Notes: generated by a model not told the origin, from the sequence alone. Positions 40,876-51,651 are shown, counted from the first letter of the stretch. The stretch: DNA of 64,000 bases from an uncultured Armatimonadetes bacterium (GCA_963716175.1 OY970296.1:96001-160000), one strand, 5' to 3'. Program-made: numbers and translations.

Positions 40876-41868
40876 ATGTCTGCCGGCGGTAGCGCAGGCT
40901 CCCAGCCTGCGGGCCAGCGCCGCGGTTCCCGGGTGCTGGTGGTGGGGAGCATCAACATGGACTTGATCGTGCGCTGCTGCAAGGTGCCGCGGTCGGGCGA
41001 GACCGTCCATGGGGAGGAGGTGGTCACAGCCGCGGGGGGCAAAGGTGCTAACCAAGCCGTCGCCTGTGCGCGCCTGGGCGCGCGGACAGTGATGGTGGGG
41101 CGAGTGGGAAACGATGATTTCGGCCGCCGCCTGCGCGCCGGGATGAAGGCGGAGGGAGTGGCGGTGGACCATGTGCGCACTGACTTCGGCGCGGCCACCG
41201 GGGTGGCGCTGATCTTGCTGGAGCCCTCTGGCGAGAACCGAATCATAGTAATCGGCGGGGCCAACCTCCGGCTGGATGACGAAGATGCGGCCGCGGTGAG
41301 AAGGCTGCTGAAGAAGGCCGATGCCTTGGTGATGCAGCTTGAGATTCCGCTGCCAATAGTGATGGCGGCGGCAGAGGCAGCGCGGGAGCTCGGAGTGCTC
41401 AGCCTGCTGGATGCGGGCGCGGCCACACCCGCGGCGGCGGAGGCCGGGCTGCCGGCCCTGGTGGATGTGATCTCCCCGAATGAGGGCGAGGCGGAGGCGC
41501 TCACTGGGGCGAGAGTGCGCGAAGTGCGGGAGGCGCGGGCCGCGGCCGAGCGATTGCGAGAGATGGGAAGCAGGGAGGTGGTGATCAAGCTCGGCGGCCG
41601 GGGCGCCTACTGGCTGGGGCCGGCGGGGGAGGGGCACTTCGCGGCATTCCCCGTGGATCCGGTTGACACCACCGCCGCCGGGGACGCCTTCACCGGAGCG
41701 CTGGCCGTGAGTCTGGCCAGCGGGAGGGAGATGCCGGAGGCGATCCGGCGGGCCAATGCCGCGGGGGCGCTGGCCTGCCTCAAGCTGGGCGCGCAGCCGT
41801 CCATGCCCACCGCGTCCGAGGTTGATGAATTTCTGCAGCAGCAGCGGCGGGGCCGTGCGCGGCGATAG
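40876..41868 (+). CDS. rbsK: Ribokinase
   Basis: [54 protein letters not shown]. Confidence 0.9.
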   Translation: MSAGGSAGSQPAGQRRGSRVLVVGSINMDLIVRCCKVPRSGETVHGEEVVTAAGGKGANQAVACARLGARTVMVGRVGNDDFGRRLRAGMKAEGVAVDHVRTDFGAATGVALILLEPSGENRIIVIGGANLRLDDEDAAAVRRLLKKADALVMQLEIPLPIVMAAAEAARELGVLSLLDAGAATPAAAEAGLPALVDVISPNEGEAEALTGARVREVREARAAAERLREMGSREVVIKLGGRGAYWLGPAGEGHFAAFPVDPVDTTAAGDAFTGALAVSLASGREMPEAIRRANAAGALACLKLGAQPSMPTASEVDEFLQQQRRGRARR

Positions 41869-41956
41869 CATCGGGACGGGCGGCGAGATCAAGGCCAAGC
41901 GGATGCGGAGGTTCAGGCCGGGCGACGCCCCGGCTGCCGGTTCCGTAGCATAGGTC

Positions 41957-43309
41957 CTATCCCCGCTGCCCGCCCCGGGGCACATGACGTGCCACCAGAT
42001 ACATGCGCTCCGCCATCTCGCTGATGCTGGTTTCGGGGAGCCCCTTCAGGTGCGTCCTGATCCGGTCGTGGAACGGATCGGTCCAGTAGGCAGGAATCCC
42101 CTGGGTGCCGAGGGCGCAGCCCATGATCGAGCCGGCGGTGGCGCCATTGCAGTCGGTGTCCAGCCCTGCCATCACCGCGATGCCGATTGTCTTGCTGAAA
42201 TCGCCCTCTCCCTTCAGCAGCGCCATGATCACGATCGCCGCGTTCGGCAGGGAATGGTTGACGATTTGGGTCTCCTTTGGGTAGTGGCTGCGGATGGCCT
42301 CGTTCACGGACTCCCATGACTCCTGCTCGGCGCACTCAGACCTGACGAACCGGAGCATCTCCGCGAAGCGCGACTTCGGGGGCACGTAGTGCTCCGCAGT
42401 CCGCAACGCTTGGAGCACATCTCCCTCGATCAGTGCGCTGGCCATCAGCACCGAGAAGAAGATTGCAGAGTAGATGCCGTTGCGCACCTGGGAGTTTGAA
42501 GCGTCCCGATGCGCGATGGCGGCAGCCAACCAGGGATTACCCGGGGCCGCCCAGCCCCAGGGGTCGCACCTGATCTGGCCGCCGAGTGACTGGCGACAGG
42601 GATTCCCGTAGACGGCTGTGTGCGGGGGAGTGAGACCGAAGAGGGCTGTGCGAAACATGCTCCGGCCGGCCGCGTAGAGGGACGATACGGGCGTTACCTC
42701 GATCAGCTTGGCGATGGCCTGCTGCGGCGTGAAATCGAGGCCGAACTGCTCCAGCACGAGCTGTCCCACGATGGTGTAGAGGATATCGTCATCGGGCTCG
42801 ACCGAGTTGAAGCTCCCTTTGCACAGGCCCTTCCGGTAGTGGGCCCTGAATGCGGCGCTGGAGGTGGCGAGCTCTTGCTGGCGCTGCTCAGACACTGAGT
42901 TCATGTAGTCGAGTAGCGGCCACGAGCCGACACTGATGAGAAGCTCGCGTACGGCCGCGGGCGGTGCCCCCTCTACGGGCTTGCCAAGCTGACAGCCGGC
43001 ACAGCGACCGCGCCATGCCGCCAGGAGCCGGTCGGCAAGATCATCATCGCCGATCTGTCCCCGCGTCGATCCGCTGTCGGGGAAGTGGCTGGAGATCGAC
43101 TCCCAGTCATTGGGCTCTTCATAGGGATACCGCGCCGGAGAAGGCCGCTGCCAGAGGTCTCCCTGCAAAGCCACCAACGCGTCGAAGGAACGCGTCGATC
43201 TTGCCGCCTCCAGCTCACTGAGCAGAGCGTTTTCGTCGTGTCCTTCCTCTACCATCTGCGATATGTCCAGACGCAGGTCGTTGAGTACGATGTCGTACAG
43301 CGGATGCAT
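41957..43309 (-). CDS. ADP-ribosylglycohydrolase family protein
   Basis: GRCAGCQLGKPVEG, EPDDDILYT, LGGQIRCDPWG, GLDTDCNGATAGS; GGAGG before ATG 43309. Confidence 0.85.
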   Translation of the reverse strand: MHPLYDIVLNDLRLDISQMVEEGHDENALLSELEAARSTRSFDALVALQGDLWQRPSPARYPYEEPNDWESISSHFPDSGSTRGQIGDDDLADRLLAAWRGRCAGCQLGKPVEGAPPAAVRELLISVGSWPLLDYMNSVSEQRQQELATSSAAFRAHYRKGLCKGSFNSVEPDDDILYTIVGQLVLEQFGLDFTPQQAIAKLIEVTPVSSLYAAGRSMFRTALFGLTPPHTAVYGNPCRQSLGGQIRCDPWGWAAPGNPWLAAAIAHRDASNSQVRNGIYSAIFFSVLMASALIEGDVLQALRTAEHYVPPKSRFAEMLRFVRSECAEQESWESVNEAIRSHYPKETQIVNHSLPNAAIVIMALLKGEGDFSKTIGIAVMAGLDTDCNGATAGSIMGCALGTQGIPAYWTDPFHDRIRTHLKGLPETSISEMAERMYLVARHVPRGGQRG

Positions 43310-43557
43310 CACGCTCCTCCATGACCCAAGAAGCAGAGCACTGGGCTCGGCGTACGCCGTTGCGCCTAACCCCAAGCGGCATACTACTGCGGCGCGGGGT
43401 GCCTGCCCTGCTGCGAACGTCAGGTATGAGTTGGGCACTCACGCATATCGGCAGCCTGCGGGCGCGATGCGCGCTGATGATCTTCAGGGCGAGGTGAGGG
43501 CGGTCGCAGGGCGAACTAGCACCGGCATACAGAGCCGCTCAGGGAGGCGGCAGTCCG

Positions 43558-45012
43558 ATGAGGCAAAGCGAGATGCAGGAAGTCCAGATGGCGGGTCTGA
43601 GGCATCTGCTGCCAGATCGATGGTGGGAGCAAGCCGCCGGCCTATACCTATGCACGTTCAAGCCCGGCCGCGGGTATGCGCGCGTGCTGTCCCTCGACCA
43701 GGAGAAGGCAGCGGAGGCACTGGCCGGGATCCGCGCGCAGGGGTTTCAGGCCATCGAGATCTTCGCCCCTGCGGAGGGCCGCTTCGGCTACGCGGGTTTG
43801 GACATGACAGATCCCTACAGCATCGACCGGGAACTGGGCACGATAGAGGACTTCCGGCGCTTCGTGCGACTGGCGCACGGCAACGGCATCGCCGTCGTCA
43901 TCTTCCTCAACGTCGGCTACTTCAGCATCGAGGCACCTGCCTGGCTCGAGGCCTGCAGGGACAGGAAGGCGGGACGGGACACTGAGAAGGTGCGCTGGTT
44001 CTCGTGGGCAGACAGCCCGGAGGCCCCGCCGCCAGCGCTGCCGGAGGACCGCGTTTTCTCGGCGGGCGTGATCCCAGGCGGCGGCCCCGATACCCCCAAG
44101 ACGTGGGGGTGGCAGCACAGCGAAGAGGCCGACTGCTACTACTGGGCCAGGTGGCAGGCGAAGGACGCGGAGGGCACCTGGGTCGGCCTCCCGCAAACTG
44201 ACTGGGGTTCCGAAGAGTGGCCGCGAGAAGCAGAGCGGATCATCCGTTTCTGGATGGACACGGGAATCGACGGGATCATCGTTGATGCTCCATGCTGCTA
44301 CTCGCGACTCACTTGGGAGACGAACAACAGGCACATCACGGATGTGATCTCAAGCTACGGGAACACGTATATCCAGGCCGAGGGCGTGGGGGAGGTGGCC
44401 TGGCTTACCGAAGGCGGCTACAACTGTCTGCAGGACTACCGTCTCGGGGAGCGTCTCATCGACGCGATGAGGACCGGTGACCCGCGGCCGATTGAGGAGT
44501 CGCTGAGAGCCTACCGCGATCTGGTGGTCGACTCAGGCGGCGTCCTGTATACGAAGGTCAGCGGAGTCGAGGCCCGCGAGCAGCGGCGGCTGCACGCAGC
44601 GGCGATCGCGAGCATCGGCGACACGCTTGTCTACGGCACACGCGACATGCCAGGCCCCGATGGGGAGGAGCAGTGGTTGCTGCGCACGAGGTTCGTGCAT
44701 CCGGCATTCCACCATCGGTCCAGCCGTCGCCGACTCTCCACCAAGGCCGACAGCACCTGCTACGCTTTCCTCAAAACGGCGCGGGACGGTTCGGAAAGGG
44801 TGCTGGTCGTGCTCAACTTCAGCGGTTCCGCCCAGACGGTCGAGGTGGACCTGAGCGGCGTGGCGGCGGCCGGGCTGATCAGCCTGAGAACCGCCGAGCA
44901 GTTCGGTCGGCCGCCGTCTTTCCATGTCTCTCTGCCCGCCTATGGCTATGCCTTCTTCCAGGTGCTGCCCGTGCTAGCGGAGTCGCCGTGCGTGCTACCA
45001 CACGACCACTGA
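43558..45012 (+). CDS. Alpha-amylase (GH13)-like protein; start uncertain
   Basis: IDRELGTIEDFRRFVRLAHGNGIAV, RFWMDTGIDGIIVDA, ERVLVVLNFS, LPAYGY. Confidence 0.65.
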   Translation: MRQSEMQEVQMAGLRHLLPDRWWEQAAGLYLCTFKPGRGYARVLSLDQEKAAEALAGIRAQGFQAIEIFAPAEGRFGYAGLDMTDPYSIDRELGTIEDFRRFVRLAHGNGIAVVIFLNVGYFSIEAPAWLEACRDRKAGRDTEKVRWFSWADSPEAPPPALPEDRVFSAGVIPGGGPDTPKTWGWQHSEEADCYYWARWQAKDAEGTWVGLPQTDWGSEEWPREAERIIRFWMDTGIDGIIVDAPCCYSRLTWETNNRHITDVISSYGNTYIQAEGVGEVAWLTEGGYNCLQDYRLGERLIDAMRTGDPRPIEESLRAYRDLVVDSGGVLYTKVSGVEAREQRRLHAAAIASIGDTLVYGTRDMPGPDGEEQWLLRTRFVHPAFHHRSSRRRLSTKADSTCYAFLKTARDGSERVLVVLNFSGSAQTVEVDLSGVAAAGLISLRTAEQFGRPPSFHVSLPAYGYAFFQVLPVLAESPCVLPHDH

Positions 45013-45039
45013 AGCTGCGACCAGCGGCCGGAGCGCTTT

Positions 45040-47169
45040 TCACGCATGGGCGGTTGTGATAACGATCTCCCGGAAGCCGGCGAAACCGTTGTCCACCCGG
45101 AAGCCCGCGCCGCCGCGGCCGAGCTTGGTGTCCTCGCCTGTAAGGACCCTCTTACCGTCGAGCGATGCGGTGATGGTGGTTCCGCGGACGGTGAGCGAGA
45201 GTCGGTGCAGTTCGTCTACCTCCCAGATGCACGGCATTTCTGCTAGCACCGTCTCGCCGTAGTAGTTGAGCAAGAGCTTGAGCGCGTCGCGCGTCTTGAC
45301 GAGCGCGATGAATCGTTCGAGGCCCTGGTAGCGGGCGATGATGCCAGCGGTGTCGGCGCAGTGGATGGAGAGTTGAACCGAAACAGTGTAGTCCGTCCAG
45401 TCTTCATTGCCGGTGGCGAGTATGCCGCACCCCTCATCCTTGCCCACGTAGGTCATCGCAGGGGCGGTCTTGCCAGAGCGGCCGACCACGCGGTCGGCAT
45501 CGACCACCCAGCCGGGAACAGTTCCGTCCTTCTGGGGAAGCTCATCGGGGATATGGATGTCGGGCGGTCCGGTGAAGAGGACTCTGTTCACAAAGAGCGA
45601 TCCGGCGGCGGATGGGCCCCCGGTGATCTCCACCCCAATGTCTTTGACCGGGAACCCGCGGTCGCCCGGTACGGGCAGGGTGAGAGCGAAGGGCGAGCCA
45701 GCCTTGAGCTGGACGGGCTCTCCATAGACCAGCTTCGTGCCCGTCACCTGACTGCCGTCCCCGTCGGCGGCGAGGCACCGAGCGAACAGGCGAATGCTCG
45801 CCTGGCTCTCGCACTTCCTCGCCACCCCCTCAAGCGTGACCACCTGCCCAGCGTAGACCTTCGGGGTTCCGACGATCCCATAGCCATAGCCAACAGGCTC
45901 TGCGAGAACCGGCGTGGACACGCGAACCGGATGGTTTGGCGCTGCCTCCTGGTAGGCTATCTCCATCACCCGCGTTCCGTTCGGTCCTGCGACATTCGCC
46001 ACCGCGCCCGTTCCAGGCATGCCCTGGTCGGTTCTCTCGACCATGTACCCGTGCCGGCTGCCGGGCAGGATGAAGTGATGCCAGGCGCCGCCCTTGGGCG
46101 CCTCCAGCTCGGGCCAGCCCATGATCTTCCGGCCGATGCGGGCAATGTGGAGGGCTTCCTGGAGGCAGTCGGAGACGTGGCGGCTGCCTTCGGCAGTGGG
46201 AAGGAGCATGCGATCGGCGAAGGGGCCCCGGAAGTCATAGTCCTTGCTGATGCCGTCGAGGCCTGCAACCAGTCCCATGACTGTGCCGACATTGGCGGCG
46301 TTGCAGTCGGTATCCCATCCGGCGGTGGTGACGATGGCCAGGGCCCGGCGGAAGTCGTCGAGCGCGTAGCTCCATGCCATCACCATGAGCGCGTGGTTCG
46401 GGATGACGTGGCAGCCTCCGCCGTAGCTGTCATAACCGTACTTTCCTGCGATCCGGTCATAGGTCCGATGCCAATCGCCGTCTTGCCGACACCAGGAGCG
46501 GACGTCGCGGTGGAGCTGCCCGACCAAGCTGTTCCGAGCGATGACGCTGACGCCGATATCGAGCAGCCTCTGCATATCTTTCTCGACGAAGGCGGCGGAA
46601 ACCATAGCGGCAACGACCATGGCGGCGTTGACCGCTTCGCCGTCATGGGAGACCTGCGCGGCGGGCCGCGCGAGGCGGGCGGCGAGCTGGGGATCGCCGG
46701 GAGCGACCAGGCCGAAGGCGTCGATGAAGATCTGGGCGCCGATCTGTTCGGCGACGACGCGGCCGTTGAGCGCGATGCTGCCGCTGCGGGGGCTCGGGAT
46801 GCCGTGCTTCAGGCGCAGGTAGGCGGTGTGCTCCGTGGACACGCCCAGGCCGCCCCACCAGAGGATCGTCTTGCCCTCAATGAGATAGTTGAGCCAGGTC
46901 TTCCCGAAGAAGTCGGGCGTGGTGTCGGCATAGCGGCCGGAGTCCTCTAGGGCGCGGACAAAGGTGAAGGTGCCGCTGATGTCATCATCGGGCACGACGA
47001 GGGGAACTCCGCGGTCGGCGGCGATGTAGTGATCGATGAGGCCCCATTTCTCAACCAGCCTTTGCTGTTCCCATCCCTCCACGGGGCGGGCGAGGTAGAC
47101 GCCAATAACCTTGCCGAGCACACCGGCGTAGACCTGTTGTTCGTAGTTGGCAATCTCAGATGCGGCCAT
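45040..47169 (-). CDS. Long ADP-ribosylglycohydrolase family protein with C-terminal beta domains
   Basis: YAGVLGKVIGVYLARPVEGW, PDDDISGT, STEHTAY, IGAQIFID, GWDTDCNAANVG. Confidence 0.85.
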   Translation of the reverse strand: MAASEIANYEQQVYAGVLGKVIGVYLARPVEGWEQQRLVEKWGLIDHYIAADRGVPLVVPDDDISGTFTFVRALEDSGRYADTTPDFFGKTWLNYLIEGKTILWWGGLGVSTEHTAYLRLKHGIPSPRSGSIALNGRVVAEQIGAQIFIDAFGLVAPGDPQLAARLARPAAQVSHDGEAVNAAMVVAAMVSAAFVEKDMQRLLDIGVSVIARNSLVGQLHRDVRSWCRQDGDWHRTYDRIAGKYGYDSYGGGCHVIPNHALMVMAWSYALDDFRRALAIVTTAGWDTDCNAANVGTVMGLVAGLDGISKDYDFRGPFADRMLLPTAEGSRHVSDCLQEALHIARIGRKIMGWPELEAPKGGAWHHFILPGSRHGYMVERTDQGMPGTGAVANVAGPNGTRVMEIAYQEAAPNHPVRVSTPVLAEPVGYGYGIVGTPKVYAGQVVTLEGVARKCESQASIRLFARCLAADGDGSQVTGTKLVYGEPVQLKAGSPFALTLPVPGDRGFPVKDIGVEITGGPSAAGSLFVNRVLFTGPPDIHIPDELPQKDGTVPGWVVDADRVVGRSGKTAPAMTYVGKDEGCGILATGNEDWTDYTVSVQLSIHCADTAGIIARYQGLERFIALVKTRDALKLLLNYYGETVLAEMPCIWEVDELHRLSLTVRGTTITASLDGKRVLTGEDTKLGRGGAGFRVDNGFAGFREIVITTAHA

Positions 47170-47232
47170 CTCTTGCCTCCTATAGTCGCTGTTGAACGCC
47201 GCTAGCGGCGCGCCATTTCCGAACTCCGGTCA

Positions 47233-49218
47233 CTAGAACCGCCCCCGGGTGGCGAGCGCAATGACATTCCAGAGCGAGCTGTTCAGCACATCGCCCACGA
47301 TCAGACCGACCGCTAGTGGGATCGTCCTTCGGTAGAGCCGAAGCCCGCCGTAGCGTATCACCGCCGACTTCAGCAGCCACGCGATGAGGAACGGGAATGT
47401 GCCCATGCCTTGAGGGAGGCTATTCGACAGCAGGTACCCCAACGGGTGCAGTGGCCACCACAGGAATCGCAACCGCATCAGCCCGAGCAGCACGCATACG
47501 ACTCCTCCCGCACCCACGTAGAACAAGCCCGACGCGCTCCCACCACCTCCGTTCGTGATGTCCCACCAGATGCTGCTGCCGTCATCCCGAAGCGCCCACG
47601 TCACGAAGTAGTCGCCTTTCGCGGCTCCTGTCCCGAGAAGACCGTAGTGGTACATGCCAGACAAGGTCACAAACATGCCTGTGGCCAGAGCAACCACGAA
47701 CGCGGCGAGCAGCAGATAGGTGAGTCGCCTCGGATTCGTGCCGTTCGCATCCGCGATCTTGAACGAGGTCAGCGTGTTGAGCGAGCAGGCGCTGAAGATC
47801 CTGCTCGGGAGCGGAGCGCCGGCCCAGTTCATCATGTACAAGCTGACGGTTTCCATGGGCAACAGGTTGCGCATGCCCACAGATGCACTGAAGATGTCGT
47901 TGAACCACCAGAAGAACGGATCCAGAGCGCCCTCTGCTTGCAGGCGAGCGTAGGCCAGATACACGCCGACTAGCAGGGCGACATAGGCCAGTCCGAAGGC
48001 AAGTCGGCAGCCCGAGAGGACGAAAAAGGCGACGAGCCAGGCGAAGCATGCCGAGAAGCCGAGCAGCGTCCACCGATACGGCAGGGGCTCGTCGCGGTCG
48101 CCTTCTGGAGAGCGGCGGCTGAGGGCAATGCGCAGCGCGCGGGACAAATGCCTCCGCGAGGTCCACAAGGCCCAGAGGGAGAGAGCTACTACCGCCCCGG
48201 TGGCCTGGTTGTACGGCGCGGGGAAGTCGAATCGCCACCAGTCCTGGGCCGAGCCGGGCTCTGCCCCGTATCCGATCGCCAGAGCGCACAGCCCGATCCG
48301 CACCAGCCAGAGAAACCAGACGGAGAACAGGAGATCCTTCGGGAGAATGTAGGCGAGAGAGATCAGCCACGGGTAGAGCCAGAGCTCGACCGTGCCAAGC
48401 GCCGAAGCCGGGCCAACCACTTGCCTGCCCATGACACTGGCCTGGAGGGGGAGCGAGGGGATCGCCGGATAACGCTGCGAGAGCTGGCTGATGAAGCCCA
48501 CGGCAGCGGCGAGCGCGAGGCCCGCCCAGAACGCTCTGCGGACAGGAAGGCGTCCAGCGTGGCTACCATCAGGCATCTCGTCCACGCTCTCGAGCGGAAT
48601 CTGCGCAAGGGGGAATGTCAGGCGCTCGTGTCTGATCCACTGCTTCTGAACCAGCACAAGGAGGCAGATGTTGGCGCCGAACAGGCAGAGCATGAATGAT
48701 GCCCAGGCCAGCAGCGGCACCGCCCACTCGACCCAGGGAACCGTGGCCCGGCCCAGGAAGTAGTCCTCCACCGCGGAGAGCGAAGAGGGTCCCCACCACG
48801 TTGGGATCAGGTTGAGGTAGGTAGTATCCCACTCCGGATGAGCGCGCGCCAGGTAGAAGTAGCTCGGGACCTTAGACAGCAGGTAGAAGAGCACGTTCAT
48901 GCCGAACACGGGCGTCACCACAAGCACGACTGAGTAGACCGTGAGTAGCTCCGGCCGGGTCAGCCCGAAACGGCGGAGAGCCGGCACGCTCGTGAGCGCT
49001 GTCAGCAGGAAGAGAACCGTAAGCGGCCAGGGCGCCGGCACACCGCTGGACCAGAAAAAGGGACCCTTCTGCCACACGATCTCCCCATAGAAGATCGCTG
49101 GGGCAGTCGCGGCCGCGATCAGGAGGGCGATGCCGGCCGCGCGCCAGGTCACGTCCCGGGTTTGGCCTGCAGGCTCACCAGCGTCAGCGCGGGTATCGGT
49201 ATCCGCAGCCTGCGGCAT
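47233..49218 (-). CDS. DUF6785/DUF6784-type polytopic membrane protein (putative transporter), paralog of 26454-28460
   Basis: QWIRHERLTFPLAQIP, WWPLHPLGY, RYGGLRLYRRTIPLAVGLIVGD. Confidence 0.75.
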   Translation of the reverse strand: MPQAADTDTRADAGEPAGQTRDVTWRAAGIALLIAAATAPAIFYGEIVWQKGPFFWSSGVPAPWPLTVLFLLTALTSVPALRRFGLTRPELLTVYSVVLVVTPVFGMNVLFYLLSKVPSYFYLARAHPEWDTTYLNLIPTWWGPSSLSAVEDYFLGRATVPWVEWAVPLLAWASFMLCLFGANICLLVLVQKQWIRHERLTFPLAQIPLESVDEMPDGSHAGRLPVRRAFWAGLALAAAVGFISQLSQRYPAIPSLPLQASVMGRQVVGPASALGTVELWLYPWLISLAYILPKDLLFSVWFLWLVRIGLCALAIGYGAEPGSAQDWWRFDFPAPYNQATGAVVALSLWALWTSRRHLSRALRIALSRRSPEGDRDEPLPYRWTLLGFSACFAWLVAFFVLSGCRLAFGLAYVALLVGVYLAYARLQAEGALDPFFWWFNDIFSASVGMRNLLPMETVSLYMMNWAGAPLPSRIFSACSLNTLTSFKIADANGTNPRRLTYLLLAAFVVALATGMFVTLSGMYHYGLLGTGAAKGDYFVTWALRDDGSSIWWDITNGGGGSASGLFYVGAGGVVCVLLGLMRLRFLWWPLHPLGYLLSNSLPQGMGTFPFLIAWLLKSAVIRYGGLRLYRRTIPLAVGLIVGDVLNSSLWNVIALATRGRF

Positions 49219-49369
49219 GGCGATTACTGCACCCCCGACCCAAATCCGAGGAGGCCACGCGAGAGGACACACCTGCAGTCTATGCCATCAAGGACGCGGT
49301 GACAGCGGAGCGTCCGCCGTCGCGGCTGCTCCGCCCGATAGGCCCTATGCAGGCATTGTGCGGCGGGCG

Positions 49370-50434
49370 CTAGAAGAGCGCCGGCTGTGGTGGGCTGCAG
49401 TCGCACATGAACCCGTCCGGCGTGGGGAACGAGGCAGGGCCTTCGTAGATGAGGCCCATTGGCCAAGTATCGCCACCACGCGCCAGTTCAGCCCACTTGG
49501 CAATCAGGCCCTCGGAGCTGAACCACTGTGCGTGGCCGTCGAGGAAGCCAACGTTCACCCCACCCAAGTGCCGGGCATAGCGCTTCCGCAGATTCACGTC
49601 CTTCAGCAGCGAGCCGTCGCTCGGCGCGTAGATCCCGCACGCTGCCGCGTCAGGGCAGTTTTCCCAGTTGGGCGTCTCCCCGCAGTTCGGCGCGGAGCAC
49701 CACAGGCAGCAGATCTCAGGATACGCGGCCAACGCGATGTTCATGTAGTCGGTGTTCGACTTCCAGCCTCCGTCCCCACAGAAGACGAAGCTGGCCGGGT
49801 CATTGACCGAAGAGAGCTTGCGCTCGTAGTTCGATCTCCCTAGCCCCAGGGCTAGCAGAGCATCAAGGTTCACCGTGATGGACTGCTCGAAGCGGCCCAC
49901 TGTGTCGGTCGCGCCCTGCGCCGGGGTGTAAGCGGGTCCCTGAAGGAAGGTGTCGGTGACGGAGCCACCCCAGCCAGGCGGAAACCAGCCGTTGAAAGTG
50001 CAGAGGGCATCGTCGCCGCGCCAAGCAGGCTCGTTGGCAAGCATTACGGCGAACCAGTCAGGGCCCGGGTTGATGAGGCCGGCGCCGCCGACGACCCTCG
50101 CGCTCGGACATCGCCAGACGTCCCGGTTCCTAACGTACTCATCGAGGACGACCGGCGCTTTCAGGTACGGGTTGGCAAGCGTGGCCGCCTCCGTGCAGCC
50201 GAACATGTCAACCACTTCCGGCCGATGCTCCGAGGGCATGAGCCTGTCGTAGTCCGCCAGGTACATCTGCACCGCCATGGCGATGTTCTTGATGCTCGAC
50301 AGGCACTGGATCTTGCGGGCCGACTCGCGCGCTCGTGCAAAGACGGGGAACAGCATGGCTGCGAGGATCGCGATGATCGCGATCACCACCAACAGCTCGA
50401 TCAGCGTGAACCCGCTGCGTCTTCGTGCAAACAT
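49370..50434 (-). CDS. Prepilin-type cleavage/methylation + DUF1559 + H-X9-DG protein (paralog 4)
   Basis: [41 protein letters not shown]; [15 protein letters not shown]; GGAGG before ATG 50434. Confidence 0.9.
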   Translation of the reverse strand: MFARRRSGFTLIELLVVIAIIAILAAMLFPVFARARESARKIQCLSSIKNIAMAVQMYLADYDRLMPSEHRPEVVDMFGCTEAATLANPYLKAPVVLDEYVRNRDVWRCPSARVVGGAGLINPGPDWFAVMLANEPAWRGDDALCTFNGWFPPGWGGSVTDTFLQGPAYTPAQGATDTVGRFEQSITVNLDALLALGLGRSNYERKLSSVNDPASFVFCGDGGWKSNTDYMNIALAAYPEICCLWCSAPNCGETPNWENCPDAAACGIYAPSDGSLLKDVNLRKRYARHLGGVNVGFLDGHAQWFSSEGLIAKWAELARGGDTWPMGLIYEGPASFPTPDGFMCDCSPPQPALF

Positions 50435-50674
50435 CCTGGTCCAACCTCCTCTTAGGCTAGACATCAACACGACATCCCACGGGCAACTGCCTTGACCCTT
50501 GTCCCCTCCCTTCACTCACGCGTGTTGAACAAATCCGTTGAGATCGCCTCAGCACCGGCTCCTCAGCTCGGCCGCGTACTGGGGCTATGCGAACTGCCTT
50601 CGTGGTCCTGACACCACTCTCGGTGCACCGTTCGGCTTCCGTGATGCCAAGACGCCGGTTCCTCCACCGCTTGC

Positions 50675-50743
50675 ACTCTACGCTCAACTCCCCCAGAGAA
50701 GAATGCACGATTCTCTTGACTATTTGCACTATTCTGCTATATC
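50675..50743. promoter_or_regulatory. Divergent promoter region with AraC-type direct repeats
   Basis: TGCACGATTCT (50704) and TGCACTATTCT (50725) 21 bp apart; minus-strand -10 TAGAGT at 50675-50680; plus-strand TTGACT-N16-TATATC overlaps the repeats. Confidence 0.65.
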
Positions 50744-50823
50744 GTGTCGGCCGACATGGCGGCAGACCAACGCGGCTTCCCTCCTCCGGATGCCTCGAAG
50801 CTGAGCCAAGAAGGAGCGATCTC

Positions 50824-51651
50824 ATGGCAGATCTTGACGACCGGGAAGAAGCAGAGCCGTTGGCAGTGACCGGTCTCGGCGTCCTCTGGGTACGCCAGCT
50901 CGGGTTCACCATAGACCGGGCCCATGGGCTCGGCCAATACTTGCTGCTGCGCTTCTATACTCCGATGTTGGTGCGCACTGTCGCCGGGCTGGTGCACGGA
51001 GAGCCTGGCGACTGTCTTCTCTACGAGCCAACGTTCCCTCAGTGGTTTACCGGGCGCGGTGTGGGATACATTGACGACTGGGTGCATATCAAGGGCCCGG
51101 CGATGCCTGAGCTTGTCGCTCGTTACCGGGTGCCGGCGAACACGCTCTTCCGGCCCCGCGAGGTTGACTTTTTCCCGTCCATGCTGGAGGCGATCAACCG
51201 AGAGCTACATCGAAGAGAGCTGTTCTGGCAGGACTCCGTCCGGACGCTGGTCGAGGCACTACTGTTGAGGCTGGGCCGGCTGGCGAACGAGCAAGAACGC
51301 TTCGACCTAAGGCCGGCCGACCTGGCCCGTGCCGACGTGTTCCGGAGCATCCGCATGCAGGTTCACGAGCGGCTGGAGGAGCGGTGGGCAGTACCGAGGA
51401 TGGCGGACCTGGCTCACGTGAGCCCCTCTCGCTTCGCCGTACTCTACAAGAAGCTGTTCGGCGTCAGCCCCATAGAGGATCTCATTGACGCTCGGCTGGC
51501 GAGAGCCCGGGCGCTGCTGACGAACGCGGGCCTGTCCGTTGGCGAGGCGGCCGCTCAGACCGGATTCACCAGTCTCTGCTACTTCAGCCGACTCTTCCAC
51601 CGTCGGGTGGGCAGCACCCCGAGGGACTACTGCCGCCGCGACCTCCAGTAA
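50824..51651 (+). CDS. AraC family transcriptional regulator
   Basis: MADLAHVSPSRFAVLYKKLFGVSP, VGEAAAQTGFTSLCYFSRLFHRRVGSTPRDY. Confidence 0.92.
   Translation: MADLDDREEAEPLAVTGLGVLWVRQLGFTIDRAHGLGQYLLLRFYTPMLVRTVAGLVHGEPGDCLLYEPTFPQWFTGRGVGYIDDWVHIKGPAMPELVARYRVPANTLFRPREVDFFPSMLEAINRELHRRELFWQDSVRTLVEALLLRLGRLANEQERFDLRPADLARADVFRSIRMQVHERLEERWAVPRMADLAHVSPSRFAVLYKKLFGVSPIEDLIDARLARARALLTNAGLSVGEAAAQTGFTSLCYFSRLFHRRVGSTPRDYCRRDLQ

Noticed and set aside
16960-50420. Repeated ~150-bp sequence at the starts of four genes as a recombination cassette or shufflon
   Set aside because: Differences are mostly synonymous, consistent with protein-level conservation of the prepilin N-terminus; no intact invertase or crossover sites were seen.
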